From Octopus vulgaris (taxonomy: Eukaryota): DNA of 64,000 bases. Shown one piece after another: positions 1 to 11,867 of this stretch; within the stretch, counting starts at the first letter, position 1, and every line of letters begins with the position of its first letter. The notes beneath the pieces were generated by a model. It ran no database searches and was not told the origin of the DNA. It worked only from the letters and a program-made list of their open reading frames with translations. The translations under genes were made by a program, and so were the position numbers. The stretch lies in contig OX597829.1 of the NCBI GenBank assembly GCA_951406725.2, forward strand, positions 11,408,001 to 11,472,000, written 5' to 3'.

Positions 1-1184
1 ACGATTAAGGTGTCTTTATCGGCATGTTTGGGGAGATGGTTTAATAGGTCCAGGTCATCTCTTACAATACTTGGAATGTGTTTCAGTATTGGCTTTAAGA
101 TGATATCTATAAAGTTGCTAAGTCTGTGTGTTTCACAACTTGGGCCTGCCACTATTGGTCTCAGTTTGAGATCAGTGGGATGTGGTATAGTGATGCAGGT
201 TGAAGTGGACTTTTTGCAAGCTTCTATGATAATTTGACTCTTGTGTATTTTTGGAAGGCCATAGAGTGTGCTGGTTTTGCAATTAAATTTAGTAATGTAG
301 TCGCATTCCTTTGCTGTCAAGTCATTCCGGTGTTGGTAAATGAGTGCCTTCAGATTGGTCATTGTTTTGGATTGCTGGTAGTCGACTACTCTTTCGTAGT
401 ATGTGGTATCCTCTAAAAGGAGAGATACAGAGTTTTTATATTGCTCAGTATTCATAACAACGACCGTACTACCCTTATCAGCTTCCTTTATTGTGACGTC
501 ATGATTGTCTCGTAGTGTATGGATGATTTCCCATTCTCTTTTACTGGTGTTGGGTTTGAGTTTAGGTTGTGGGAGTTCACCATAAGGGAAGTTGGAGATG
601 TAATCGCAAAATTTGTCTAAGGTTTTGTTTTTGCCTTTTATGGGATTATAGTTGCTTTTGTTACAGACCATTGATTCGTCGTTATTATTAGTTTTTCTGT
701 CAAAAAATTCCTCTGTGAGGCGTAATTTTCTGCAAAAGTGCGAGATGTCATCCTGTATTTCCCTCAGGTTAGGGTATTGCGGAGTTGGGGTGAATTTCAG
801 TCCTCTTGAAAGGATTTTTATTTGTGGTGTCGACAGGTTTAGGTTAGAAAGATTCACTATTTTTGGTTTTTCGGGGTTGGTATCTACCATCTGGTGTCGT
901 GGAAACTGATGCCCTTGCCTAAAAAAGGAATCCTGGGGTTCTTCTATTTGCGGTATTTTGCTGTATGTGATTCTGTCCCCCGTTGACATGTCTGTTGAAG
1001 AGGTTTTGGTTGTTGTGATTCTGTCCCCCGTTGCTATGTTGTCTGTTGAGGAGGTTTTGGTTGTTCCAGGGTCTGGGTTGTTGGTGTGGCCTCCTGGAAG
1101 AGTTTTGGTTATTCCAGGGTTTGGGTTGTTTGTCCTGGGTGTAATGTTGGTTCCTTAGAGTGGGTTGGAAACTATATTCATGGT

Positions 1185-2225
1185 TTAGGAGTGAATTCCT
1201 ATATGTTGGGGAGAACTCTGAGTTAGGAGCGGTTTGGGTTGGAATCTACAATCATAGTTCAGAGATGGGTTTCTAAGTGATGGGTAGGATCTCCGAATCT
1301 GGAACGGTTCTTGTGTGGGTTGGGGTCTACGTTGTCTGGTAAAGTTTTGTCGTGTGATGATGGGTGTCTCGGTTCTTTTGATGGGATTGTAGTGCTGTCT
1401 GTAAGTTCTGTTGTTGTTGTTGTCGATGTTAGGGGTGGTGTGTGTTCGGTGTTTTGTGGTTGGTTTTCTTTGTTTTTGGCGAGGGGTGTGAGTTGAAGTA
1501 GATATTTTAAAATATGAGTTGCTTGAAAGGTGTTCCTTTGTGAACTCTGTTTCATAATTGGTGAACCAGCTGTTTTTTTCCCTTCGCTGGAGGGATGTTA
1601 TTTCTTCATCCTCGCAGTTTTTTCTCCAGAGTTTGGTGGTTTCATCAAGGAGTGCTCCTTCACAGTGTTTTGAGATTTCAATCTGCATTTCATTGTCAAG
1701 GGTCTTGGATTTTTCTTCACTGGTGTTGGCTCTGAGCCGCAAGAGTTCTACTTCCGTTTTGAATTTTTCAAAAGCTAGTTTCTCCCTGAGGTTTTTTTGG
1801 TTTTCTGGTTCATTTTGGATGGGTTTTATTTGTAGTTTTCTGGGTAGGATGATAGGGGTGGAGTTGAGCCACTTTTCATAAATGTCAGCTTTGTTGTTAT
1901 TTTTTATGAAATTCCAGAAGGCAAACTTACGCGCTTTGAGATTTTTACTCCAGGTGTTGTTAAGAGAGCTTTTAATTGAGAAGCAGTCTTTAGTTTGCTC
2001 CTGCTTTGGGAGCACTGCCGTCTCTATGGATTTCATTAGGTTTTGCAGTGTTGGGATGATGTCAGGGATTTGATTGGTTGTTTTGGCCTCCATGAGTCCA
2101 TTTAGGTATAAGTGCGATTGTTCGACTTTGTTTATTATGGTTGAAAGTTTCGAGGAGATTTCTTGTAATTCTTTTAGGATATTTTGGTTCATTAAAGATT
2201 CTGCTTGTTGTGATTTGGGTGGCAT
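1185..2225 (-). CDS. PLE ORF1 of the inverted copy, truncated by a 1-nt homopolymer deletion near 1207
   Basis: Nearly identical to ORF 3369-4676 up to ...LLTQSSP. It has CCCC where the + copy has CCCCC. Confidence 0.75.
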   Translation of the reverse strand: MPPKSQQAESLMNQNILKELQEISSKLSTIINKVEQSHLYLNGLMEAKTTNQIPDIIPTLQNLMKSIETAVLPKQEQTKDCFSIKSSLNNTWSKNLKARKFAFWNFIKNNNKADIYEKWLNSTPIILPRKLQIKPIQNEPENQKNLREKLAFEKFKTEVELLRLRANTSEEKSKTLDNEMQIEISKHCEGALLDETTKLWRKNCEDEEITSLQRREKNSWFTNYETEFTKEHLSSNSYFKISTSTHTPRQKQRKPTTKHRTHTTPNIDNNNNRTYRQHYNPIKRTETPIITRQNFTRQRRPQPTQEPFQIRRSYPSLRNPSLNYDCRFQPKPLLTQSSPQHIGIHS

Positions 2226-2341
2226 TTTCGGGACTCGTGTGATGTTTATATATATATAAAAAAGTTGAGTTGTGGGGTATCGCACGAGTGGGATTATATA
2301 AGAAAAAAGGTTTGAAAATGCAATTTAAACGATGTTTATTT

Positions 2342-2382
2342 ACTTAACCGGTTTCACTCTTTGGTAAAAGATTGTCAAAAGT
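2342..2382 (-). ncRNA. Minimal type-I hammerhead ribozyme motif, U3-A8 core variant
   Basis: Minus strand reads ACTT-TTGACAA-TCTTT(TACC)AAAGA-GT-GAAA-CCGG-TT-AAGT, identical to the copies at 3212 and 9027. Confidence 0.65.
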
Positions 2383-3211
2383 TACATTTAAGGAAACATT
2401 GAATAATATGGGTTCAAAAAAAGTTTTTTACATAATTGTCACATTGAATATTATGCATTCAAAAAAGTTTTTTACATAATTGTCACATTGGATATTATGG
2501 GTTCAAAAAAAGTTTTTTACATAATTGTCACATTGAATATTATGCATTCAAAAAAGTTTTTTACATAATTGTCACATTGGATATTATGAATTCAAAAATG
2601 TTTTTTTATACATAATTGTCACATTATTTGGGAAAATTTGGCAGAAAAGGATAAAACAAATATATTATTGGGAATTGGTTGCGTTAATTATTGGTTGTCG
2701 CAAATTGTCACATTACATGTATATATATACAATCTTTGGTATATATATACAGCGTTTTGACAGCAAAAATTAAAATGGATTTTTTGTCCATCTCAGAATA
2801 TTTTAAGTATGTTTTTACTGACCTGTCAGTATTAGCAGAAAGGCTGAACTGAGAGAACAGAAGTAGCCAATGTGGTGTATACTTCCCCTTTATGCATGAA
2901 TGATTTTGGGGTTATCAGGAGGTTAGTATGCGGGTGTGAATAGATGTGTCCGTGCCTGCTGGTCAGACAGCGTCTGTTTGTCACACACATATATATACAC
3001 ACAAACACACACACACACAACAACACACACACACACACACATAGTATACAAACACAAACCACATACAAACAACACACACACACACAGAACACACACACCC
3101 ACACAATGTGACACATTATGTAAAAAACTTTTTTGAATGCATAATATTCAATGTGACAATTATGTAAAAAACTTTTTTGAACCCATATTATTCAATGTTT
3201 CCTTAAATGTA

Positions 3212-3252
3212 ACTTTTGACAATCTTTTACCAAAGAGTGAAACCGGTTAAGT
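3212..3252 (+). ncRNA. Minimal hammerhead ribozyme motif (U3-A8 variant) in the 5' pLTR
   Basis: Stem I ACTT/AAGT, core TTGACAA, stem II TCTTT/AAAGA, GAAA, palindromic stem III ACCGGT, followed by AATAAA. Confidence 0.65.
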
Positions 3253-3368
3253 AAATAAACATCGTTTAAATTGCATTTTCAAACCTTTTTTCTTATATAA
3301 TCCCACTCGTGCGATACCCCACAACTCAACTTTTTTATATATATATAAACATCACACGAGTCCCGAAA

Positions 3369-4676
3369 ATGCCACCCAAATCACAACAAGCAGAATCTTT
3401 AATGAACCAAAATATCCTAAAAGAATTACAAGAAATCTCCTCGAAACTTTCAACCATAATAAACAAAGTCGAACAATCGCACTTATACCTAAATGGACTC
3501 ATGGAGGCCAAAACAACCAATCAAATCCCTGACATCATCCCAACACTGCAAAACCTAATGAAATCCATAGAGACGGCAGTGCTCCCAAAGCAGGAGCAAA
3601 CTAAAGACTGCTTCTCAATTAAAAGCTCTCTTAACAACACCTGGAGTAAAAATCTCAAAGCGCGTAAGTTTGCCTTCTGGAATTTCATAAAAAATAACAA
3701 CAAAGCTGACATTTATGAAAAGTGGCTCAACTCCACCCCTATCATCCTACCCAGAAAACTACAAATAAAACCCATCCAAAATGAACCAGAAAACCAAAAA
3801 AACCTCAGGGAGAAACTAGCTTTTGAAAAATTCAAAACGGAAGTAGAACTCTTGCGGCTCAGAGCCAACACCAGTGAAGAAAAATCCAAGACCCTTGACA
3901 ATGAAATGCAGATTGAAATCTCAAAACACTGTGAAGGAGCACTCCTTGATGAAACCACCAAACTCTGGAGAAAAAACTGCGAGGATGAAGAAATAACATC
4001 CCTCCAGCGAAGGGAAAAAAACAGCTGGTTCACCAATTATGAAACAGAGTTCACAAAGGAACACCTTTCAAGCAACCCATATTTTAAAATATCTACTTCA
4101 ACTCACACCCCTCGCCAAAAACAAAGAAAACCAACCACAAAACACCGAACACACACCACCCCTAACATCGACAACAACAACAACAGAACTTACAGACAGC
4201 ACTACAATCCCATCAAAAGAACCGAGACACCCATCATCACACGACAAAACTTTACCAGACAACGTAGACCCCAACCCACACAAGAACCGTTCCAGATTCG
4301 GAGATCCTACCCATCACTTAGAAACCCATCTCTGAACTATGATTGTAGATTCCAACCCAAACCGCTCCTAACTCAGAGTTCTCCCCCAACATATAGGAAT
4401 TCACTCCTAAACCATGAATATAGTTTCCAACCCACTCTAAGGAACCAACATTACACCCAGGACAAACAACCCAAACCCTGGAATAACCAAAACTCTTCCA
4501 GGAGGCCACACCAACAACCCAGACCCTGGAACAACCAAAACCTCCTCAACAGACAACATAGCAACGGGGGACAGAATCACAACAACCAAAACCTCTTCAA
4601 CAGACATGTCAACGGGGGACAGAATCACATACAGCAAAATACCGCAAATAGAAGAACCCCCAGGATTCCTTTTTAG
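3369..4676 (+). CDS. PLE ORF1: helical/coiled-coil N-half and basic Q/N/R/P-rich low-complexity C-half
   Basis: Long ORF starting ATG-MPPKSQQ, overlapping the RT ORF. Conserved in the inverted copy. Confidence 0.75.
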   Translation: MPPKSQQAESLMNQNILKELQEISSKLSTIINKVEQSHLYLNGLMEAKTTNQIPDIIPTLQNLMKSIETAVLPKQEQTKDCFSIKSSLNNTWSKNLKARKFAFWNFIKNNNKADIYEKWLNSTPIILPRKLQIKPIQNEPENQKNLREKLAFEKFKTEVELLRLRANTSEEKSKTLDNEMQIEISKHCEGALLDETTKLWRKNCEDEEITSLQRREKNSWFTNYETEFTKEHLSSNPYFKISTSTHTPRQKQRKPTTKHRTHTTPNIDNNNNRTYRQHYNPIKRTETPIITRQNFTRQRRPQPTQEPFQIRRSYPSLRNPSLNYDCRFQPKPLLTQSSPPTYRNSLLNHEYSFQPTLRNQHYTQDKQPKPWNNQNSSRRPHQQPRPWNNQNLLNRQHSNGGQNHNNQNLFNRHVNGGQNHIQQNTANRRTPRIPF

Positions 4677-6980
4677 GCAAGGGCATCAGTTTCCACGACA
4701 CCAGATGGTAGATACCAACCCCGAAAAACCAAAAATAGTGAATCTTTCTAACCTAAACCTGTCGACACCACAAATAAAAATCCTTTCAAGAGGACTGAAA
4801 TTCACCCCAACTCCGCAATACCCTAACCTGAGGGAAATACAGGATGACATCTCGCACTTTTGCAGAAAATTACGCCTCACAGAGGAATTTTTTGACAGAA
4901 AAACTAATAATAACGACGAATCAATGGTCTGTAACAAAAGCAACTATAATCCCATAAAAGGCAAAAACAAAACCTTAGACAAATTTTGCGATTACATCTC
5001 CAACTTCCCTTATGGTGAACTCCCACAACCTAAACTCAAACCCAACACCAGTAAAAGAGAATGGGAAATCATCCATACACTACGAGACAATCATGACGTC
5101 ACAATAAAGGAAGCTGATAAGGGTAGTACGGTCGTTGTTATGAATACTGAGCAATATAAAAACTCTGTATCTCTCCTTTTAGAGGATACCACATACTACG
5201 AAAGAGTAGTCGACTACCAGCAATCCAAAACAATGACCAATCTGAAGGCACTCATTTACCAACACCGGAATGACTTGACAGCAAAGGAATGCGACTACAT
5301 TACTAAATTTAATTGCAAAACCAGCACACTCTATGGCCTTCCAAAAATACACAAGAGTCAAATTATCATAGAAGCTTGCAAAAAGTCCACTTCAACCTGC
5401 ATCACTATACCACATCCCACTGATCTCAAACTGAGACCAATAGTGGCAGGCCCAAGTTGTGAAACACACAGACTTAGCAACTTTATAGATATCATCTTAA
5501 AGCCAATACTGAAACACATTCCAAGTATTGTAAGAGATGACCTGGACCTATTAAACCATCTCCCCAAACATGCCGATAAAGACACCTTAATCGTTTCTTT
5601 TGATGTTATTAATCTTTACACCACAATCCCACATGAATTTGGACTGGAAGCCATTAAATTCTGGCTGGATAAATATCCCAATGAGATCCCGGAAAGAATT
5701 AAAAAAGAATTCATAATTGAGGGCCTCAAATTTATTCTGCAAAACAACTTCATGTATTTCCACAACAACACTTACAGACAGGTCTCAGGGACTGCAATGG
5801 GTACGAAAGTTGCCCTACCTATGCAAACCTGGTGATGGCCTACCTGGAATCACATATCTATGAAAAATCCAAATATAAGTACGGCCAGTCTTTCCACAAA
5901 TACCTGTTGGAGAACTGGAAACGCTACTTAGATGATTGCCTCATCCTATGGTCCCACACACTCGACCAACTTATAGACTTCAAAAACCTTATCAACAGTG
6001 TAAATAACAACATTCAATTCACAATGGAATATAGTCAGGACCAACTCCCTTTTCTTGACATCCTAATCATTAAAAAAGGCGTCAACATTGAAACTGACAT
6101 CCATTACAAACCCACTGACTCTAAACAATACCTTCTATTCACCTCCAATCACCCAAAACACACAAAGACAAATATCCCCTTCAACCTAGCGAGAAGAATC
6201 TGCACTATTGTCTCAAATGACACAACACGAAATAGAAGACTCCGGGAACTAAGGGCAATTCTTCTCGAAAGACATTACCCGGCATCACTAGTAGACAACG
6301 GAATAGAACGGGCCAAATCAATCAACATTCAAGACCTTCGAAAACCCAAACACATCCACAGTACAGTCAATAGCCTCCCTTATCTCTCAACACACAACCC
6401 AAGGAATGCAGAAGCTTACACTATTATATACAACAACATTCCACAACTAAATCAAGACCCACGCCTGAAAAAAATACTGGCAGCTCATAAAATAATAAAA
6501 AGTAAGAGACAACCTAAATCCCTAAAAAACCTCCTCACCAACGCAAAATTACACAACACAAACCCACCGCCCACCATCAAAAAATGTGGTCGCCCCAACT
6601 GTAAGACCTGCATCCACCTCATTGAGGGATCGTCGTACAAGTTCCACTCGGGACACACATTCATCATAAAAAATAACTTCACGTGCGCATCAAAAAATTT
6701 ACTCTACGTCATAAGGTGTGAAGGATGCCACGAAGACTACATAGGGCAAACGAGCCTTACCCTCAGAGACAGAATGACAGTTCACCGACAACAACTGAGG
6801 GACCCCTCCACAAGACAGATACCACTAAGTGGACACTTAGACCTTTGTGCACACAATAAGTCCCCCAAATTCTTAGTCTTCCCACTATACCAATGCTCGG
6901 ACAACACCACAGACCAAACACGAATAAATAAGGAAAGTAATCTTATTCAAAAATACAGACCACAACTAAACATACTCTAA
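4606..6980 (+). CDS. PLE reverse transcriptase plus GIY-YIG endonuclease, with one apparent 1-nt frameshift near 5813
   Basis: Motifs IVNLS, LSRGLKF, ADKG, RYLDD, FLD, CGRPNCKTC linker, LLYVIRC..C...YIGQT, R...H and E...PQLN. Restoring one C (GCCCCT) gives GTKVAPTYANLVM and joins ORFs 4606-5835 and 5832-6980. Confidence 0.93.
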
Positions 6981-7129
6981 CATACCCCCTGGAAGCACAT
7001 CCAGAGCAAGCACACAGGGACGCGCGCACGCTCACAGCATATCGTGCGGGCGGGCACATGCGCGCATCGGCACGCATAGGACACACTAGCGGGCATTGAC
7101 CGCACACATACGTGGCATGCACACGCATG

Positions 7130-7355
7130 CATTATATATATGTAGGTGATGTATGTGTGTGTGTGTGTGTGTGTGCACTGTGTGCGTGTGTGTGTATATG
7201 TGTGTGTGCGCGCGTTGTATGTGTTTTTGTGTGTGTACACGTGTGTATATATGTGTGTGTGTGTGTGCACTGTGTGCGGGTGTGTGTGTATGTGTGTGTG
7301 TGTGTGTGTGTGAGCATTGTATACGTGTGTATGTATTTACATATGTATCTTTTTT

Positions 7356-7390
<35 letters not shown>

Positions 7391-8425
7391 TGTGTGTGTA
7401 TATGCATGGTATGTGTGTATATGTTAGTACTTTGTTTGTGTGTATGTGCGGCATGTAGAGATATATTTGAGTGTGTACGCTATAGGTTTGTAATTTGTGT
7501 GTGTGGGGGGTGGTGAATTTTTTATATATATATGTGTGTGTATGTGTGTGAAAAAATATATGTATGTGCATGTATGTATGTATGTATGTGTGTATATATA
7601 TATATATATATGTGTATATATATGTGTGTGTGTGTATGTGTGTGTGTGTATATTTATTTGCATGTTTATGTGTGTATAAACATGTACATTATTTGCATGC
7701 GCATTGTATATATGTATATTGTATGTATGTGTATTGTATATGTACGTGTACAATTAAGTGTATATATTTGTGTGTATGTGTGCACTGTATATATGTATAT
7801 TGTAGGTGTGCTATATGTGCATGAATACATGTATATGCATTGCGTGTATATATATGTATGCATTGTGTGTGTATGTATGTTATGTGTGTGTGTGTATATA
7901 TATATATTATATGTATGCGTACGTGTATGTGTATGCATTGTATGTATGTGTGTTGTGTGTATATGTGGTACATCTATGTATGTGTATGTAAACACTATTT
8001 ATATGTATATGTGTATATATGTATATGCATTGTCTATATATATATATATTATATGTATGTATTGCGTATGTATATTGCATGCATATATTGTGTATGTATA
8101 TTACTTACATGCTGTATGTGTGTATTGTATGTGTGTATATATATATGCTGGGTGTATTTGTGTGATATTTATATTATGTATGTATGTGTGCGTGTGTTGT
8201 GTGTGTGTGTGTGTGTATGTGTGTTATATATCTGTGTATGTTATATATAGATACATGTTATATTTGTGTGCTGTGTGTATATGTGATATATGTGGGTGCG
8301 TTGTGTGTGGGTGTGTGTGTTCTGTGTGTGTGTGTGTTGTTTGTATGTGGTTTGTGTTTGTATACTATGTGTGTGTGTGTGTGTGTTGTTGTGTGTGTGT
8401 GTGTTTGTGTGTATATATATGTGTG
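7130..8425 (+). repeat. Degenerate (TG/TA)n compound microsatellite inside the PLE 3' UTR
   Basis: About 1.3 kb of TG/TA-rich sequence. Its distal part is reproduced in the inverted copy at about 2985-3104. Confidence 0.85.
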
Positions 8426-8783
8426 TGACAAACAGACGCTGTCTGACCAGCAGGCACGGACACATCTATTCACACCCGCATACTAACCTCCTGATAACCC
8501 CAAAATCATTCATGCATAAAGGGGAAGTATACACCACATTGGCTACTTCTGTTCTCTCAGTTCAGCCTTTCTGCTAATACTGACAGGTCAGTAAAAACAT
8601 ACTTAAAATATTCTGAGATGGACAAAAAATCCATTTTAATTTTTGCTGTCAAAACGCTGTATATATATACCAAAGATTGTATATATATACATGTAATGTG
8701 ACAATTTGCGACAACCAATAATTAACGCAACCAATTCCCAATAATATATTTGTTTTATCCTTTTCTGCCAAATTTTCCCAAAT

Positions 8784-9012
8784 AATGTGACAATTATGTA
8801 TAAAAAAACATTTTTGAATTCATAATATCCAATGTGACAATTATGTAAAAAACTTTTTTGAATGCATAATATTCAATGTGACAATTATGTAAAAAACTTT
8901 TTTTGAACCCATAATATCCAATGTGACAATTATGTAAAAAACTTTTTTGAATGCATAATATTCAATGTGACAATTATGTAAAAAACTTTTTTTGAACCCA
9001 TATTATTCAATG
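8784..9012 (+). repeat. About 43-44 bp tandem minisatellite (about 5 units) in the PLE pLTR
   Basis: Unit AATGTGACAATTATGTAAAAAACTTTTTTGAA(TG/CC)CATAATAT(T/C)C. Also present at 2400-2625 (-) and 3105-3197. Confidence 0.9.
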
Positions 9013-9026
9013 TTTCCTTAAATGTA

Positions 9027-9067
9027 ACTTTTGACAATCTTTTACCAAAGAGTGAAACCGGTTAAGT
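9027..9067 (+). ncRNA. Minimal hammerhead ribozyme motif (U3-A8 variant) in the 3' pLTR
   Basis: Same sequence as 3212-3252. Confidence 0.65.
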
Positions 9068-9106
9068 AAATAAACATCGTTTAAATTGCATTTTCAAACC
9101 TTTTTT

Positions 9107-9152
<46 letters not shown>

Positions 9153-9171
9153 GCATAATATATATATATAT

Positions 9172-9652
9172 ACTAGCAGTATCGCCCGGCGTTGCTCGGG
9201 TTTGTAAGGGAAATAACTATATAAGCATTTTTAGTGAGTTATAGCAACAAAATAGCAAAAAAATGCATTAAAAATGGAATAAAAAATGATGGTGTCTTCA
9301 AGCCATGAAGTCGTTGTTCTAAAAGAACGCTGGTCTCCTTGACAACGCTTTACGACGTTAATTTCCTTACACTTCCTTCCTCACAGCTTCACGAGGGAGG
9401 GAAGAAGGGGGAGAAGCAACACAGGTGCAGGTGTGACCATGGACGCCAACTCCGCCGCCATCGACACACGAAAAAATATGCGTTAAAATGGAAAAAAATG
9501 ATGTTAAATTATTTTTAAAATCGTAGACTCATTGTAGACGGGCTCGATATGAATCACGACTATAAGATACCCGAATTTGGTTAAACTGCACCGCAAAATG
9601 TGGGAGTAGTTAGGAATCTAAATCTTAAGAGACAGACACTCACACAACTACA

Positions 9653-9660
<8 letters not shown>
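9172..9660 (-). mobile_element. Non-autonomous Helitron-like element
   Basis: The minus-strand 3' end is CTAG(T) at 9172-9176, preceded by a GC hairpin (CCCGAGCAACGCCGGG). Both ends lie in (TA)n. Confidence 0.6.
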
Positions 9661-9724
<64 letters not shown>

Positions 9725-9985
9725 AGGAGAGAGAGAGATCTTATATCTTTTACTTGTTTCAGCTATTAGACTGCGGCCACGCTAGGTTCTTTTTAGTCGA
9801 ACAATTTTTAATCGAATGAATCGACCCCTATACTTGTCTTGTTTTTTAAACCTGGTATTTTATTGATTTCTTTTGCCAAACCGTTATCTTGCGGGGATGT
9901 AAACACACACATACACAAAGACACTCACACAAACATACACATACACAAACATACACACACACAAACAAATTAATACGTACATAAG

Positions 9986-10265
9986 TGCAGGAGTGGCTGT
10001 GTGGTAAGTAGCTTACTTACCAACCACATGGTTCCGGGTCCAGTTCTACTGCGTGGCACCTTTGGCAACTGTCTTCTACTATAGCCTTGGGCTGACCAAA
10101 GCCTTGTGAGTGGATTTGGTAGACAGAAACTGAGAGAAACCCGTCGTGTGTGTGTGTGTGTGTGTGTGCGCGTGCGTGTGTGTATGTTTGCTCTCCCAAC
10201 AGCGATTCACAGCCGATGCTGGTGTGTTTACGTCCCCGTAACCTTAGCGGTTCGGCAAAAGAGAC
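9986..10265 (+). mobile_element. tRNA-derived SINE family A. Other copies at about 13965-14125, 15745-15855, 16185-16260, 19441-19607, 29100-29245(-), 29810-29970, 30238-30400(-) and 32018-32150(-)
   Basis: Recurrent head GGAGTGGCTGTGTGGTAAG...GGTTCCGGGTTCA...GGCACCTTGGGCAAG with Pol III A/B-box-like motifs. Body CCAAAGCCTTGTGAGTGGATTTGGTAGACGGAAACTGAAAGAAGCCCGTCG, followed by microsatellite. Confidence 0.85.
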
Positions 10266-10287
10266 CGAGACTAGACTTACAAGAGAT

Positions 10288-10568
10288 GTCCTGGTGGTTC
10301 GGACGATCTTGCGATTGTAATTTCAATTCCTAGACCGAGTAGGGCGTTGTGTTCTTGATCAAAACACTTCATCTCGCGTTGCTCTGCGATCACTTCTACA
10401 CCTGATGCACGGCACACCGTGCCCCTGTGCGGGCAACTTCGATTTGATGGAGAAAGTGAGTTAATGTGCGACACGAACAATTGATTCATCATAAACAAAT
10501 CATTTGTGCAGGTCATTCAGCAAAAGCCGAACGTTCATACGTCGTCTTCGACGGGAGACTTCGTGGTA

Positions 10569-10575
<7 letters not shown>
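10288..10575 (+). mobile_element. SINE-like repeat with (ATGT)n tail
   Basis: Degenerate tRNA-like head and a GTGTTCTTGA..AAAACACTTCA core that also occurs reversed at about 30525 and 33790. Ends in GTATGTATGT. Confidence 0.5.
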
Positions 10576-10630
<55 letters not shown>

Positions 10631-11833
10631 CGTGTGTGTGTGTGTGTGATGTGTGTGTATGTATATATATATATGTGTATGTATATATGCGCGCAGGTAT
10701 ATCCATAGATGTATCAATATACATGTATATATATGTTGCAAGTCGACTCATGCAAGAAAGAAAGAAACGGAGAGAAGACTCCAGAGGGATAATGTTATAA
10801 GAGAGGACAATTTGGGCATAATGGTTAGTGCTGGAAAAGGGTGACTGGAAGCCCCAAGTGTGGTGAAAGATGGAGAGATAAGTGGGACGGGGGTACAAGA
10901 TCAATTCTTCACGTATGTTTTTTTGTTTTTTTATGTCATATACGCAAGTGAATGTGTACATATGTTCATTCCAGTATCTTTGGAAAGCTTTAAAAATCCT
11001 CGGAGTACCTTATAGGGATTGGATTTAAAGGATGTATCCAAGTATATTTAGTTCTTTCTTTTACTTTTATTTCCACGTTTTATGCAAATCTGCTGTTCCC
11101 TAGACCAGAGCTACTCAAAGTGGTGATCCATAGACTGGTGCCGGTCTATGTTTCCAGAAAAGAAAGAAACATTATAAAATTCTTATGTAATATTGTATTA
11201 TTTGTTTACAAAATAAATATTTAAAACATTCTCAACTTTTATTATATTCATTATATATATTGCTTCCGGTAAAAATTATTACTACTAAGAAATATTACCG
11301 ATCTCTGGCACTTTGCAGAAAAAAACTGTCAGTGCGCCACATCAGATAGTTTGAGAAACAATCCCCTAGACTACTTCACCAATAATAATTGGTACTAATA
11401 ACGACCTATAATTTGACTAGAAGTGTTATGAATTACACATGAGTTCACCACAGATGTTTGCTTTTACCCAGAACATTAGACAAGATATATACACACTCAG
11501 TGAGCAGCTGACCTCTATGATATCAGGTCTGTTGAGTTCGCTGTTCCAGTATTTCTTATTCTTAAAGATGTTGATATATTTTGGTTCGGCATATGACCAT
11601 CTGGGCAATATTTTTGTAAATAATTTTGGTAACATAAAACGCAAGCATCACTTGTAGGTAGAATTTGTAAGCACATGCTTTCGGTGTCTGTTCCGTTATG
11701 TGGAATAGTGGGCAAATGTCAGCTTGTATAACCCGCCGGACCGACCAATGCCTTGTGAGTCAATTTGGTAAACGGAAACCGTTTGGAATCTTGTCGTATG
11801 TGTGTGTGTACGTGCGTGTACGTATGTGTACGA

Positions 11834-11867
<34 letters not shown>

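Larger units (their letters stand above)
1..3104 (-). mobile_element. Penelope-like element, inverted copy: 3' pLTR segment, ORF1 and start of RT, running off the window edge
   Basis: 1-2300 is the near-identical reverse complement of about 3290-5594, and about 2300-3104 is the reverse complement of about 8303-9110. The ORF track shows mirror-image ORFs. Confidence 0.93.
3105..9110 (+). mobile_element. Penelope-like retroelement (Neptune-like), near full length, with partial-tandem pseudo-LTRs
   Basis: Contains ORF1, RT (ADKG, LYGLPKIHK, RPIV, FDVINLYT, GTAMG, RYLDD) and GIY-YIG. 3105-3298 directly repeats the 3' end (about 8920-9112). The element ends in (TA)n. Confidence 0.93.

Noticed and set aside
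6977-8577. Many ORFs rich in CV/YI/HT (also throughout the window)
   Set aside because: Translations of TG/TA/ATGT microsatellites, not genes.
8784-9012. CRISPR-like appearance of regularly spaced repeats
   Set aside because: No unique spacers; a tandem minisatellite within a eukaryotic retroelement, with no cas genes.
9986-10070. tRNA gene calls for SINE heads
   Set aside because: No complete cloverleaf; these are heads of multi-copy SINEs.
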